64,000 nucleotides of DNA from Planctomycetota bacterium (GCA_044225365.1 JBGAIQ010000006.1:1-64000); one strand, 5' to 3'. Shown: positions 18,818 through 29,639, counted from the stretch's first letter. A program made the numbers and translations. Notes: generated from the sequence alone by a model not told the origin.

Positions 18818-19333
18818 ATGAAAGACGTCATCGCACTCTTCGTCGGTATCGGCATCTGCGGCCTGCTCGCCGCCGGGCTGTGGCGGCAGCACGTGCTGGA
18901 GCAACGGCTCGACGCGATCGCCACGGGCGTCGAACGCCTTCACTCCGATGTCGAAGGCGCGGCGTCGAAGATCTCAGATCCGTCCGACGTGCGTGCGATC
19001 CGCGACGCCACACTGGCGAATCAGAAGCTCCTCGAATCGATCGCCGAGCTCGAGGCCAAACGCGCTCCGCCGACGCTCGCCGAACAGCGCGCGAAGAAAC
19101 CCGGGATCAACGCCGCTGCGGTCGGCGCAGCCCTGAAGGACGCCGACGCCACCGGTCGCATCTCCTCCGCGCTCTTCCTCACGCAGAGCGAAGCGCTCGC
19201 GCGCTTTGGCACGCCGAGCGTGACGCTGATGAAGGAGAGCATCGTGACTTGGATCTACAAGCTCGACGGGTTCGACAAGCTCTTGCGGTTGGAGTTCGCG
19301 AACGGCGCGGTGCTCAGCGCGTACGACCGGTGA
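18818..19333 (+). CDS. Hypothetical protein with N-terminal TM anchor, coiled coil and small C-terminal domain
   Basis: 171 aa; hydrophobic N-terminus; C-terminal EALARFGTPS..WIY..LEF.NG.V resembles SmpA/BLIP-like small folds. Confidence 0.6.
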   Translation: MKDVIALFVGIGICGLLAAGLWRQHVLEQRLDAIATGVERLHSDVEGAASKISDPSDVRAIRDATLANQKLLESIAELEAKRAPPTLAEQRAKKPGINAAAVGAALKDADATGRISSALFLTQSEALARFGTPSVTLMKESIVTWIYKLDGFDKLLRLEFANGAVLSAYDR

Positions 19334-19802
19334 GTGTCCTTCGACGCATCACCTCGAACACCGCGATGCTCACGCAGTTCGAGAGATTGAGCGAGCGGAC
19401 TGAATCCTCCACGACGGGAATCGCGACCATTCGATCTCGATAGCGATGCCGGATCGTCGCGTCGAAGCCGCGCGTCTCGCGACCGAACACGAGCACCGGA
19501 CGATCGCCGTAGTCGACATCCCACAACGTGCGCTCCGCTTCCGGCGAGAAGAAGAACGCATCGCCAAGCTGCGGCAGCGCGGCCTCGAACGCTTCGAACG
19601 CGGGCCAGAGCCTGGGCTTCACCCGTTCCCAGTAATCGAGCCCCGCGCGCTTCACCTGGCGCTCGTCGAGCGAGAAGCCGAGCGGTTCGACGAGATGGAG
19701 CTGTGCGTTTACCGCGAGGCATGTGCGGCCGATGTTGCCGGTATTCCAGTGGATCTCCGGCTCGACGAGGACGACGTGGAGGCTCGGCTCGAGCGGCGCC
19801 AT
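19314..19802 (-). CDS. trmL: tRNA (cytidine/uridine-34 2'-O)-methyltransferase, SPOUT family
   Basis: VVLVEPEIHWNTGNIGRTC, LHLVEPLGF, KRAGLDYW, VFGRETRG, RSLNLSN. Confidence 0.93.
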   Translation of the reverse strand: MAPLEPSLHVVLVEPEIHWNTGNIGRTCLAVNAQLHLVEPLGFSLDERQVKRAGLDYWERVKPRLWPAFEAFEAALPQLGDAFFFSPEAERTLWDVDYGDRPVLVFGRETRGFDATIRHRYRDRMVAIPVVEDSVRSLNLSNCVSIAVFEVMRRRTLTGRTR

Positions 19803-19815
19803 GCGTCCGCGCGGC

Positions 19816-20460
19816 TCAGCGGCCGTCGATCGTCTTACCCGATCCCGGGCCGCGCCGGCCCTGCTTGCTGAAGACCACCTGGTCCTCCCAGCACGACAAC
19901 GCGGTCTGCATGTCGACGAGCTTGACCGCGCAGGCGTAATCGGCCTGCTTCTTGAATCCCTCCGCGTACGCGACGCGGACGAACGAACCGGAGAGCGTGA
20001 GGCGCGGCGCGACGAACTTGCCGGCCTCTGGCAGCTTGCTCTTGTCGTACGCGTCGGATCCGCCGAGGCCCTGCGCATCGCCGATGCTGCGATCGATCTG
20101 CGCGCCGGTGCCGCCGACGTCGGACGTGACCTGACACTGTCCCGAGTTCACGAGAGCCTTGCGGATCTCGTTGTACATGATGTCCTTCTGGAACTGGAAC
20201 GCCGGGTCGTTCGTGTTGTTGAAGAAGTCGCCGATCATGAGCGGGACCGGCGTGCCATCCGCGCCGCGATACCGCTGCAGGACGCCCGCGTCCATCATCG
20301 AGGTGCGGAGTTGCTCAGCGAAGTTCTGCCACTCGTTCGCGGTGATCGTCGTCGTCGAGTTGATGGGCTTCACGTCGTCGCCCGTCCGCACACCGCCGCA
20401 CGCCGAGAGCGCGACCAAGAGTGCGAGCGCGCACGCATCCGTTCGAATCCGACTTCGCAT
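19816..20460 (-). CDS. LpoB-like lipoprotein (TolB_N/CsgG-like fold), paralogue 2
   Basis: Lipobox LSAC; IGDFFNNT, ALVNSGQ, LTLSGSF, KLVDMQT..WEDQ; start may instead be 20469. Confidence 0.7.
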   Translation of the reverse strand: MRSRIRTDACALALLVALSACGGVRTGDDVKPINSTTTITANEWQNFAEQLRTSMMDAGVLQRYRGADGTPVPLMIGDFFNNTNDPAFQFQKDIMYNEIRKALVNSGQCQVTSDVGGTGAQIDRSIGDAQGLGGSDAYDKSKLPEAGKFVAPRLTLSGSFVRVAYAEGFKKQADYACAVKLVDMQTALSCWEDQVVFSKQGRRGPGSGKTIDGR

Positions 20461-20487
20461 CGAGAGCATCGCTGCCTCCTGATTGTT

Positions 20488-21105
20488 TCACTTGCCGAGG
20501 ATCGCCCGCTGGAACTGCTTCGGGAAGACGACCTGCTCTTCCCAGATCGTCTTTCCGGTCTGATTGTCGATGAGCCGCAGCGCGCACGCGTAGTCGAACT
20601 GTTGCGTGCGGCCTTCGGAATAGGAATTGTTGATGAACTGCCCGTTGATCGTGACGCGCGGCCCCACGAACTTGCCGGGCTGCGCGATCTTGCTCTTGTC
20701 GTAGGCGTCGGATTCCCAGAGCTGCATCGCGTCGCCGATGCTGCGGTCGATCTGCGCCCCGGTGCCGCCCACGTCGGACGTGATACCGGCCTGGCCCGAG
20801 TTCACGAGCTGCTTGCGCACGGCGTCGAGCATCACGTTCTTCGTGTTCGTGAATTCGGCGCGATCGGTGTCGTTGCGGAAGTCGCCGATCATGATCGGGA
20901 CCGGGCCACCGACCTCGGCGCGATACTTCGCGAGCACGCCCGAGTCCTGGAGCGAAGTCAGCATCTTGCTCGCGAACATGAGCCATTCGTCGAATGTGAT
21001 CGTACGAGCGGAATTCTCGAGCACGATGTCGTCGTTCGCACGCGGCATCGACGAGCAGCCGATCGTGAGACCGAGGATCGAGGCGAGGAGGAGGCGGATC
21101 TTCAT
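20488..21105 (-). CDS. LpoB-like lipoprotein (TolB_N/CsgG-like fold), paralogue 1
   Basis: Start MKIRLLLASILGLTIGC (lipobox); IGDFRNDT, LVNSGQ, LRLIDNQTGKTIWEEQ; shares TSDVGGTGAQIDRSIGDA with the next gene. Confidence 0.72.
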   Translation of the reverse strand: MKIRLLLASILGLTIGCSSMPRANDDIVLENSARTITFDEWLMFASKMLTSLQDSGVLAKYRAEVGGPVPIMIGDFRNDTDRAEFTNTKNVMLDAVRKQLVNSGQAGITSDVGGTGAQIDRSIGDAMQLWESDAYDKSKIAQPGKFVGPRVTINGQFINNSYSEGRTQQFDYACALRLIDNQTGKTIWEEQVVFPKQFQRAILGK

Positions 21106-21121
21106 GGGTCCTCGGTCTCGT

Positions 21122-21547
21122 TCAACGCCGTCCGCGCACTTCGAAGCGGAAGTCGACCGCGGACGCGGTCGGAGCGTACTCGGCCACGTGCTTGATCTGG
21201 CCGGCGCCGAGCGTGAGGTTGAACCAATGCGAACTGGTCTGCCCGACGGCGTTGCCGCTCTGATCGAACCAGACGAATTGATACTCGACGCGCTGCTCCA
21301 TCGGCGTGAGGTTTCGCAGATCGAGTTGGGCACGCAGCACGCCCTTGTCCATGTCGTGATGGACCGCGTACACGTTGGCCTTCTTGTCGAGCCAGCCGCT
21401 CACCGTGCACTTCGAGAAGTCGGGGCCGCCCTCTTCGCCCGATGCGCCGGGCTGCACCGTGTTCACCGCGCTGCGCACGCATCCGACGATCGGCATCGCG
21501 ATCACGAGCCCGACGCAGAGCGCGCGGGCGAGGGGGATCCTGTTCAT
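21122..21547 (-). CDS. YcfL/DUF1425-like lipoprotein
   Basis: Lipobox IVGC; SAVNTV, LRN, VEYQFVWFDQSG, W..LTL, APTASAVDFRFEV. Confidence 0.8.
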   Translation of the reverse strand: MNRIPLARALCVGLVIAMPIVGCVRSAVNTVQPGASGEEGGPDFSKCTVSGWLDKKANVYAVHHDMDKGVLRAQLDLRNLTPMEQRVEYQFVWFDQSGNAVGQTSSHWFNLTLGAGQIKHVAEYAPTASAVDFRFEVRGRR

Positions 21548-21582
21548 GCGTTCACTCTTCTCGATCGATGGAAGCCATGAGA

Positions 21583-23013
21583 TCACGACCGCGGCGCTCC
21601 ATGAACCAGGGGCTGCGCGTAGGCGCGAATGTTCATGAAGTTCGTACTGCGGACGAAAACGATTACCGGTCCGGACACGGACGGCAGTTGGACGACCGTA
21701 GAGGCCCCGCGCTGCCCACCCGAACCCATGAGCGAGAGATTGAGCTGATTGGACTGCGGGCGCGGGAGGCGCGCGATCTGATGTTCGCCGGGGAGCGTCT
21801 CCCAAGTGCGAAGATCCGGCGAGACGACATTGCGCGCGACCGCTCCCGCCATCAGCACACCGAATTCGGCGAGGTTCGCGTTGTCCTGGTTCTTCTGACT
21901 ATTGCGCGCGGCAACCCGCCCGAGGTAGGTCTCCATCTCCTTGATCATCACCTGCATCATCGCGCGGAACCAGACGATCGGGAGCGCGTTGCGGAAGTCC
22001 GTCACGACGATGCCGTCGACGCTGTCGGCGAACTGCGTCTCGGTCGCGTTGCCGCCCGAATCGATGCGCAATCGCGCCGCGCGGCCGTCGCGTCGCAATT
22101 CGATCTTCGGCACCGGCACCTTCGTCGGACCGTTCGGCCCCAGGTACATGAAGCTCGCGTCGAGACGCACCGGCGCGATCCCGTTCTCGAAGAGCACGAT
22201 GACGTCGTCGGTGACGGGCTTGCCTGCATCCTTGAACTGCACGTTCAACTTGGGGTCGGACGCCAGTTGTGCGAGCGCCTGCTGCTCTCCGTCACGGCCC
22301 GCCGCTCCGAGCAGGATCGCACCGAGCACGTAGCCGTACGGCGCGTGGTAGTCGGAGTAGCCGTCGCCCGAGAGGCCCATCATCCGCTTCATCTCGTCCT
22401 TCATGCCCGACGTCGCTTCGAAATCCGTGAACGACGGGACGAACGAGTTGCCCTGTACTCCGCTCTTCTTGCCCTGATCCTCGCCGCGACGCCGATCGAT
22501 GCCATCGATGCGCTTCTGATTCAACGCGACCGCCGTCTGTTGCGCCTTCGTCTGCGCCCGGACGTTCGCGGCCGCCGACTCGAGGTCGCCGAGCATCGCA
22601 TAGTTCACCGCCATCGCGGTGTGGATCAGGATCCGGTCGTAGAGCGTGCCCACATAGTCCATCTGGCGATCGTCGGTCTGCATCGCGCCGATGTCGTTGC
22701 CGATCGAGTTGATCGAGATGAAGGCCTGATCGCCCTTGTTGTCCAGGATCGTGCGGACCTTCTCGAAGGCGTTGTTGCTCTCTTGCCAGCGGCCGGCATC
22801 CTGCAGCATCTTGCCCTCCTCGAGCAGGAGCCACAGCGTGTCCTCGGTCTTGAAGCCGCTCTGATTCGCGATGCGCGCGGCGACATCGTCGGCCGCCGCT
22901 TCGAAGTTGCCCTGAGCGTGGAGCTCGTAGGACTGGCGGATGTCCGTCGTCCGGCATCCGGTGAGAGCGAAAGCGAGCGCAGCGCTCGCGACGAGTGTGG
23001 ATCGAACCGACAT
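21583..23013 (-). CDS. COG3014-like TPR lipoprotein
   Basis: Lipobox LTGC; TPR-like LWLLLEEGKMLQ..ESNNAFE, DYVGTLYDRILIH, LFENGIAP, PDLRTWETLP; precedes ycfL/lpoB-like genes. Confidence 0.75.
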   Translation of the reverse strand: MSVRSTLVASAALAFALTGCRTTDIRQSYELHAQGNFEAAADDVAARIANQSGFKTEDTLWLLLEEGKMLQDAGRWQESNNAFEKVRTILDNKGDQAFISINSIGNDIGAMQTDDRQMDYVGTLYDRILIHTAMAVNYAMLGDLESAAANVRAQTKAQQTAVALNQKRIDGIDRRRGEDQGKKSGVQGNSFVPSFTDFEATSGMKDEMKRMMGLSGDGYSDYHAPYGYVLGAILLGAAGRDGEQQALAQLASDPKLNVQFKDAGKPVTDDVIVLFENGIAPVRLDASFMYLGPNGPTKVPVPKIELRRDGRAARLRIDSGGNATETQFADSVDGIVVTDFRNALPIVWFRAMMQVMIKEMETYLGRVAARNSQKNQDNANLAEFGVLMAGAVARNVVSPDLRTWETLPGEHQIARLPRPQSNQLNLSLMGSGGQRGASTVVQLPSVSGPVIVFVRSTNFMNIRAYAQPLVHGAPRS

Positions 23014-23235
23014 CGCTGCCACCTTGGGCAAGGGGAAAGTGGATCCCAGGGTCATGGTCGCCATAGTCGAAGCGACGGCGGCCTCGAGTTCAAGCCACTG
23101 AAACGGAGGAAGCGGTCTACCCTGGCGTGATCCGGAACGAGTCGCGCAAATCTCGCGGAATCTCGGGGGAGACTGCCGACAACGCGGTCGACCGAGGGCG
23201 GCGACGACTACGATGTCGCGAGTCGTTCACGCGTC

Positions 23236-26200
23236 GTGATGGGAGTTCCGGCCTCGATGGATCTGCATTCGGTCTCGGTGCCACCGATCGATGGCGAGCA
23301 GGCGCAGGCGATCGCACGCCGCGTCTACGGAGTCGTGGCGCAGGCGTCGCCGCTCCCCGGTGAATACGACGCCAACTTCCTGCTCGTTCACGACGACGCC
23401 ACCCGCTCCGTGCTCAAGATCATGCACCCGCGCCGCGAGGCGGCGTTCGTCGACTTGCAATGCATGGCCCTCGAACGCGCCGTCGAGCGCGATCGAGGAC
23501 TCGGCCTGCAACGAGTCATGCGGACCTTGCGCGGCAATCGGTTCGAGAGCACGCCATTGCAGAACGGCGATGCGCGCCTCGTGTTTCGCCTCGAGTACAT
23601 CGATGGCGCGACGCTCGCAGAGACGCGACCTCGCAGCGAGGCCCTCCTCGAGTCGCTCGGGGAGATGCTTGGGCGAATCGATTCCGCACTCGCCGACTTC
23701 GCGCACCCGGCCGCCTTTCGCGGCGAGTTCAAGTGGGACCTGATGAACGCGGCGTGGATCTCCGCGCGGCTCGACGCGATCACGGACTTGGGCCAACGAT
23801 CACTCGTCGAACGCGCGATCGCGCAATACCACGAATTCGTCACGCCGATCGCCGCGCGCCTGCGAAGGAGCGTGATCCACAACGACGCCAACGACTACAA
23901 CGTCCTCGTCGACTCGCCGCGGGCGAGGTCTCCGCGCGCGCGAACCGTCATCGATTGGGGCGATTGCGTGCACACCGCAACGGTTTGCGAACTCGCGATC
24001 GCCGCGGCCTACGCGATGCTCGATTCGGACCACGTGCGCGCTCCCGATCCGCTCGTCGTCCTATCGAGCCTGACCCGCGCCTATCATCGCGCCTTGCCGC
24101 TCCTCGACCTCGAACTCGCGGCGCTCTTCCCGCTCGTGACGATGCGCCTCGCGGTGAGCGTCGTCAATTCGGCGCTCTCCAAGTCGGCAAAGCCGGGTGA
24201 CCCCTACGTCACGATCAGCGAGCGGCCGGCCTGGGACGCACTCGCGCGGCTCGCGACGATCCATCCGCGATTTGCGCACTACGTGACGCGCGACGCCTGC
24301 GGGCTCGATGCGCACCCGGACTCGAAGCGAGTCACGGCGTGGCTCGAACGCAGCGGACCGTTCGCCTCTCCGCTACCGTTCGACCCGAAGCACGACCGAT
24401 TCGAGGTCCTCGACCTCTCGTTCGGGAGCACCTTCCTCGGGAGCAACCCCGCGAGCTACGACGCCGCCGTCCTCGAGCCGAAATTGGAGTCGTTCCTCGC
24501 GGAGCGGAAGGCTGCCGTCGGCGTCGGTCGCTACGACGAACCGCGCCCCATCTACACCGTGCCCATGTTCGCGCTCGGCGAGCATCCCACCGCGGAGCAT
24601 CGCACGGTCCATCTCGGCCTCGATCTCTTCGCTCCCGCGGGCACGGAGGTGCGCGCCCCGCTCGATGGCGTCGTGCACGCGATCGCACGCAACGATGCGC
24701 CGCAGGACTATGGTCCCGTCCTCCTGTTGCGGCACGTTACGGCGGAGGGCATCCCGTTCTTCACGCTGTACGGGCACCTGGGGATCGATGTCGTCACTCG
24801 CTTGCGCGTCGGCCAACGCGTCGAGCGCGGGGAGCGAATCGCATCCATCGGCGCGAGGGACGTCAACGGCGGTTGGCCCCCGCACCTCCACTTGCAGATC
24901 CTCCTCGACCCGCTCCAGCTCGATACCAACTTCCCCGGTGTTGCGACTCCCCGACTGCGAAGCGTTTGGACGAGTCTCTGCCCGGATCCGAATCTGCTGG
25001 TCGGGATTCCGTCGAACGCGTTTCCGCGTCCCACGCCCACGGTCGAAGAACTGAGCGCTCGCCGGCGCGCCGCCCTCGGCGGCAATCTCAGCGTGAGCTA
25101 CGAGCGCCCCCTCCACATCGTGCGCGGCTTCCGTCAGTACCTCTACGACGCCGAGGGTCGCGCGTATCTCGACGTCTACAACAACGTCCCCCTCGTCGGG
25201 CACTCGCACCCGCGAGTCGTGCGCGCCGCGCAGGATCAACTCGGGCTGCTCAACACCAACACGCGTTATCTCCACCCCCGCATCATCGAATACGCCGAAC
25301 GCCTCACGGCGAAGATGCCATCGCCATTACGAGTGTGCTTCGTCCTCAACTCCGCGAGCGAGGCGAACGAACTCGCGTTGCGGCTCGCTCGCGCGCACAC
25401 GCGGGCGCGCGATGTCGTCGTCCTCGAACACGCCTATCACGGGCACACGACGTCGCTCATCGAGATCAGCCCGTACAAGTTCGACGGACCCGGCGGCGCG
25501 GGCAGAGCGGAATGGGTGCATGTGGCCCCGATCCCCGACGACTATCGCGGTCGCCATCGCCGCGGCGAATTGCGACTCGGCGCGCGATACGCAGAGCACG
25601 TGCGCGAGATCCTGGCGACCGCGAACGAAGACGGCCGGCGCATCGCGGCGTTCATCGCCGAAACAATGCCGAGCGTCGGGGGTCAGATCGTATTGCCCGA
25701 CGGCTACCTCGAAGCGGTCTACGCACACGTCCGCCGCGCGGGCGGCGTGTGCATCGCCGACGAGGTGCAGGTCGGATTCGGCCGACTCGGCGTCGCCTTC
25801 TTCGGTTTCGAGACCCAGAACGTGGTTCCCGACATCGTCGTGCTCGGCAAGCCGATCGGAAACGGATTCCCGCTCGCGGCCGTCGTCACGACCGACGAGA
25901 TCGCGAGGTCGTTCGCGAACGGCATGGAGTTCTTCTCGACCTTCGGCGGGAATCCCGTCGCCTGCGCGGCCGGACTCGCGGTGCTCGACGTGCTCGAGGA
26001 CGAGTCGCTCCAGGCGAACGCATTGCGCGTCGGGGACGAGCTGAAGACGCTCCTCGTCGACCTGGCGGCCCGTCACGAACTCATCGGAGACGTCCGCGGA
26101 CTCGGACTCTTCCTCGGCATCGAGCTGGTTCGGGATCGAAGGACGAGGGAACCTGCTTCTGAAGAGGCAAGCTACGTCGTGAATCGTTTGCGCGACCTCG

Positions 26201-26361
26201 GCATCCTCGCGGGCACCGACGGCCCCCACCACAACGTGATCAAGATCCGCCCGCCTTTGGTGTTCACTTCCCAGGACGCGCGATTCTTCGCGAGCACGCT
26301 CGACGAAATCCTGGGCGAGAACGCCGTCACTTCGCCGTGCTCGGCGCCATCTCGTCGATGA
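23236..26361 (+). CDS. Tri-domain fusion: APH-like (hydroxylysine kinase-type) phosphotransferase, M23 peptidase, class III PLP aminotransferase/phospho-lyase
   Basis: IHNDANDYN and IDWGD; HLGLD and PPHLHLQ; [43 protein letters not shown]. Start may be 23257. Confidence 0.88.
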   Translation: MMGVPASMDLHSVSVPPIDGEQAQAIARRVYGVVAQASPLPGEYDANFLLVHDDATRSVLKIMHPRREAAFVDLQCMALERAVERDRGLGLQRVMRTLRGNRFESTPLQNGDARLVFRLEYIDGATLAETRPRSEALLESLGEMLGRIDSALADFAHPAAFRGEFKWDLMNAAWISARLDAITDLGQRSLVERAIAQYHEFVTPIAARLRRSVIHNDANDYNVLVDSPRARSPRARTVIDWGDCVHTATVCELAIAAAYAMLDSDHVRAPDPLVVLSSLTRAYHRALPLLDLELAALFPLVTMRLAVSVVNSALSKSAKPGDPYVTISERPAWDALARLATIHPRFAHYVTRDACGLDAHPDSKRVTAWLERSGPFASPLPFDPKHDRFEVLDLSFGSTFLGSNPASYDAAVLEPKLESFLAERKAAVGVGRYDEPRPIYTVPMFALGEHPTAEHRTVHLGLDLFAPAGTEVRAPLDGVVHAIARNDAPQDYGPVLLLRHVTAEGIPFFTLYGHLGIDVVTRLRVGQRVERGERIASIGARDVNGGWPPHLHLQILLDPLQLDTNFPGVATPRLRSVWTSLCPDPNLLVGIPSNAFPRPTPTVEELSARRRAALGGNLSVSYERPLHIVRGFRQYLYDAEGRAYLDVYNNVPLVGHSHPRVVRAAQDQLGLLNTNTRYLHPRIIEYAERLTAKMPSPLRVCFVLNSASEANELALRLARAHTRARDVVVLEHAYHGHTTSLIEISPYKFDGPGGAGRAEWVHVAPIPDDYRGRHRRGELRLGARYAEHVREILATANEDGRRIAAFIAETMPSVGGQIVLPDGYLEAVYAHVRRAGGVCIADEVQVGFGRLGVAFFGFETQNVVPDIVVLGKPIGNGFPLAAVVTTDEIARSFANGMEFFSTFGGNPVACAAGLAVLDVLEDESLQANALRVGDELKTLLVDLAARHELIGDVRGLGLFLGIELVRDRRTREPASEEASYVVNRLRDLGILAGTDGPHHNVIKIRPPLVFTSQDARFFASTLDEILGENAVTSPCSAPSRR

Positions 26362-27592
26362 AGAAGAACCCGTCGACGATCGCGGGCCAGTCGCCGTCAC
26401 AGTTCATGAATCCGAACGGACGCGCCGACATCCGTGCCGCGGGAAACGCGCTCGTGTCGCCTCGACGGCTTCGCAGATCGACGAACAGGAATCTCGCCTC
26501 CGTTCGATGACAGAGGTCTTCGAACGAGCCCGCCGGTGCGGCGGGAATCTCCGTGGCCGTTTGCCCTGCGATCGAGTACTTGCCGTGATGAGCGGTGAAC
26601 ACGAGCGTGTAGGCGTCGTCCCCGAGTCCGCGGCGGACGACGTCGCCCATGCTCACCATGTTGGCGTAGAAATCCGGCTTCTCGGGCGGCGCGGCCTTCG
26701 AAAGCGCTCGGCCCAGGTGACGACTCGCAGCCCAGACGATCAGCTTCCTGCCCTTGAAGTACTCGTTCGCGAGCCAAACGAGATTGGAGCCCATCGCCTC
26801 GTCGCGCAGGTCACTCGCTTTCTCCATGTCGTTCGCCAACAGCATCGATCGCAGCGCGAACTGCTTCTGCCAGTTCGAGAGCGTGCGTTCGACGAAGTCG
26901 AGGGTCCGCGGGTCGACCTTCTTCGCTGCGCGTGCGACCGCGACCGCCTTCGTGAAGGCCGTCGACACACGCGCGACCTCGTCGTCCTTCGGACTTGCAT
27001 CTTTGTTCGGCGAGCGGACCGCGGTGTTCAACGCCGCGAAGGCATCGCTCGTCTCTTCGTCGATCGCGCCTTCGCCCAGGACTTCCTCGACGAAGTCGGG
27101 ATACGACTTCGAAGCCGTCCCCGAGGGCTGGATATCGAATCCCGCGATCTCGAGCGGCGTCTTCGATCCCGCACACTTCCGCGCGTACTCGAACGACCCC
27201 TGGCACTGCGCGCTCCTCGCCCACAGCGGGAAGAGCCCGAGGCCCGTGACGGTCTCGATCGGGGTCGCCGATCCGAGTTCGTCGTTGACGCGCTTGCAGT
27301 CGAACATGCCAGACTCGAACACGAGTACGTCGAAGCCACACTTCTCGTGAAGGAACCGGATCAATCGGCCGCGGGCCTCGAACGTCGAGCCATCGCCGTG
27401 GCAGATCTCACCGAGCTGCACCACGCGCGCCTTGCCGATCGCCGCGCGAAACGGCTCGAGGTCCTTGAAATCGTCTCCATCCGAGGCGGAGATCGTTCGT
27501 AACGGCGCCGCATTCTTCTTCAGCCATGCGACGTTGTCGGAACTCGAATCGGTCAGGACGAACGCGAGCGCGAGGAGGAGGGGGAGCTTCAT
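26327..27592 (-). CDS. Secreted erythromycin-esterase (Ere/TIKI fold) family protein
   Basis: Start MKLPLLLALAFVL (signal peptide); VVQLGEICHG, LVFESG, AGFDIQ, RDEAMGSN, KLIVWAA..H. Confidence 0.82.
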   Translation of the reverse strand: MKLPLLLALAFVLTDSSSDNVAWLKKNAAPLRTISASDGDDFKDLEPFRAAIGKARVVQLGEICHGDGSTFEARGRLIRFLHEKCGFDVLVFESGMFDCKRVNDELGSATPIETVTGLGLFPLWARSAQCQGSFEYARKCAGSKTPLEIAGFDIQPSGTASKSYPDFVEEVLGEGAIDEETSDAFAALNTAVRSPNKDASPKDDEVARVSTAFTKAVAVARAAKKVDPRTLDFVERTLSNWQKQFALRSMLLANDMEKASDLRDEAMGSNLVWLANEYFKGRKLIVWAASRHLGRALSKAAPPEKPDFYANMVSMGDVVRRGLGDDAYTLVFTAHHGKYSIAGQTATEIPAAPAGSFEDLCHRTEARFLFVDLRSRRGDTSAFPAARMSARPFGFMNCDGDWPAIVDGFFFIDEMAPSTAK

Positions 27593-27651
27593 GCGATCGA
27601 AGCTACGCGAGACTCGTGGCAAACTCGTGGCAACGGGCGGGCGTTTCGATT

Positions 27652-28947
27652 TCAGATGCGCAGCACGAATCTCGCGCCGAGGCCAGACGGAGACTCGACG
27701 GTGAGCGTTCCGTTCATTCGAGTCGTCAGCTCGGATGCGATGGCGAGTCCGAGCCCGAGCGATCCATCCTTGCTGAAACCGGGTTCGAAGATCCTCGACT
27801 GGATGCTGGCGTCGATGCCCTCGCCGGTGTCCTCGACGATCACCGTTGCCCCGTTCTGTTCGGGGAACGCGCGCACCCGAACGATTCCGCCGGAAGGAAC
27901 GTGCCGCAGCGCGTTCTGCACCAGATTCGTCACGATCTGCTCGAAGCGAAGGCGATCGAGCGGACGTCGCGGCGTGTCCTCGTCGATTTCGACCACGAGT
28001 GCGATCCCTGCGGACTCGGCGCGAGCGTATTCCGCGCAAAGGGCCGACTCGATCGCGCGCTCGAGGTCGACCGACTCGATCTCGAGCGCGGGCAGGCCGA
28101 CCTCGGCCCGCGCAAGCTCGGTCAGGTCCCCGACGAGACGAGTGAGGCGTCCGACTCCGAGATCGAGGACCTCGACTTCCGGCGCCACGATCCCTCGATT
28201 GCGTATCCCGTCGATCGCCGCACGGAGAGCGGCGAGTGGGTTCTTGAGCTCGTGCGCCACGCGCGCGAACAAGCTGCGGCGCGCTTTGGCCATCGATTCG
28301 ACCGCCAGGAGTTCTTCGACGCGGCGCGTCATTCCCCTCGCCGCGAGCCAGGCGAACGCGAATGCGAGCGGTAGGAGCAATGGCAGCACGATCGCAGCCC
28401 CACCGATCGCGACGATCGCGAAAGGAAGCGCGCCCGCGACGATCCGCACCGCGAATGCGGCCTCCGCCGGCAAACCCGCCGCATGGCGCTGCACCCACGA
28501 CGAGTCGGCCTGACGAAAAGTCCAGACCAAGATGAAGAGGGCGAGGAAGATCGCGATCACGCGGAGCTGAGCGTGGGTCAATTCCCAGATCAGCGAACGC
28601 GAACGCAAGCGGTTCCACTTCGAGTTCGCGGCGAGGGCGATCGAGGTCAAGGAGAGACCGGCCCCGGCCAACACGACGAATCCGATGAAGCGTCCGTCGT
28701 AGCCGGGGAAGTAGAAATCGAGGATGAGGGACGGAGCGATGAGCACGAGGAAGGCTGCGACTTTGGCGATCCCGCGCGCCCCGACGGCTCGCCATGCGAG
28801 CCACATGCTCGCGAGGAAACTGGCAGCGACCGCGCCCTGGGTTGCGAGCCTTGGATCGAGTCCATCGAGATTCACGAGCCAGAGGTGAAAGGAAGCGAGG
28901 GCGAGTGTCGACTCGATCGTCCCACGCGTGATCGTGGACACTCTCAT
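27652..28947 (-). CDS. Multi-TM sensor histidine kinase
   Basis: Several N-terminal TM helices; AHELKNPL, NLVQNALRH, DTGEGI, GLGLAI; ATGA overlap with the regulator. Confidence 0.9.
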   Translation of the reverse strand: MRVSTITRGTIESTLALASFHLWLVNLDGLDPRLATQGAVAASFLASMWLAWRAVGARGIAKVAAFLVLIAPSLILDFYFPGYDGRFIGFVVLAGAGLSLTSIALAANSKWNRLRSRSLIWELTHAQLRVIAIFLALFILVWTFRQADSSWVQRHAAGLPAEAAFAVRIVAGALPFAIVAIGGAAIVLPLLLPLAFAFAWLAARGMTRRVEELLAVESMAKARRSLFARVAHELKNPLAALRAAIDGIRNRGIVAPEVEVLDLGVGRLTRLVGDLTELARAEVGLPALEIESVDLERAIESALCAEYARAESAGIALVVEIDEDTPRRPLDRLRFEQIVTNLVQNALRHVPSGGIVRVRAFPEQNGATVIVEDTGEGIDASIQSRIFEPGFSKDGSLGLGLAIASELTTRMNGTLTVESPSGLGARFVLRI

Positions 28948-29639
28948 CGATCCCCTTTCGCGAAGCGATATCCGACACCGAAGACCGTCTCGATCCGCGA
29001 GCCGAACTTGCCGAGCTTGCGGCGAAGGCGCACGATCGCACTGTCGATCGATCGTTCGGTGCCCGCGTAGTCCTCACCGCGTAAACGTTCGAGCAGGTAG
29101 CCGCGATGAAAGACACGATCCGGGTGAGAAAGCAACAGGGCGAGTAGCTCGAACTCCGACTTCGTCAGTTCGACACTCGCCTTTCCGATCGTGACGCGCC
29201 GCGATTCCGGGTCGAGTTCCAGTTCCCCGACCTTCAACACTTCCGCACGCTCGCGAGTGGGCCGCGACGTTGCCGCTCCTGCACGCCGCAGCAGGGCCTT
29301 CAAGCGGGCCAGCAGCTCGCGGCGTTCGAAGGGCTTCACGAGGTAGTCGTCGGCGCCGACACGAAGGCCGAGGAGCTTGTCTTCGATCCCACCGCGCGCC
29401 GTCAGCATCAACACGGGGGCCGCCGAAGTCTCACGGATCCGTCGCAACACATCGATCCCGTCGCGCTCGCCTCGCAATCCCCAATCGAGGATCACGAGGT
29501 CCGGCGGCGCGCGGCGAAACTGTGAAAGAGCGCCGTCGGCATCGCTTGCCGAGGTCACGGAGTAGTGTTCGGTCTCCAACTCGCGCCGCAATTGAGCGAC
29601 GAGGAGGCCGTCGTCTTCGACCAGGAGCAGGCGAGTCAT
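28944..29639 (-). CDS. OmpR-family response regulator
   Basis: MTRLLLVEDD, VILDW, GADDYLVKPF, LTKSEFELL, LRRKL, IETVFGVGYRF. Confidence 0.93.
   Translation of the reverse strand: MTRLLLVEDDGLLVAQLRRELETEHYSVTSASDADGALSQFRRAPPDLVILDWGLRGERDGIDVLRRIRETSAAPVLMLTARGGIEDKLLGLRVGADDYLVKPFERRELLARLKALLRRAGAATSRPTRERAEVLKVGELELDPESRRVTIGKASVELTKSEFELLALLLSHPDRVFHRGYLLERLRGEDYAGTERSIDSAIVRLRRKLGKFGSRIETVFGVGYRFAKGDR

Noticed and set aside
26327-27592. Macrolide resistance gene (ereA/ereB)
   Set aside because: Family-level similarity only; has a signal peptide, a variant WAASRH motif and no mobile context.
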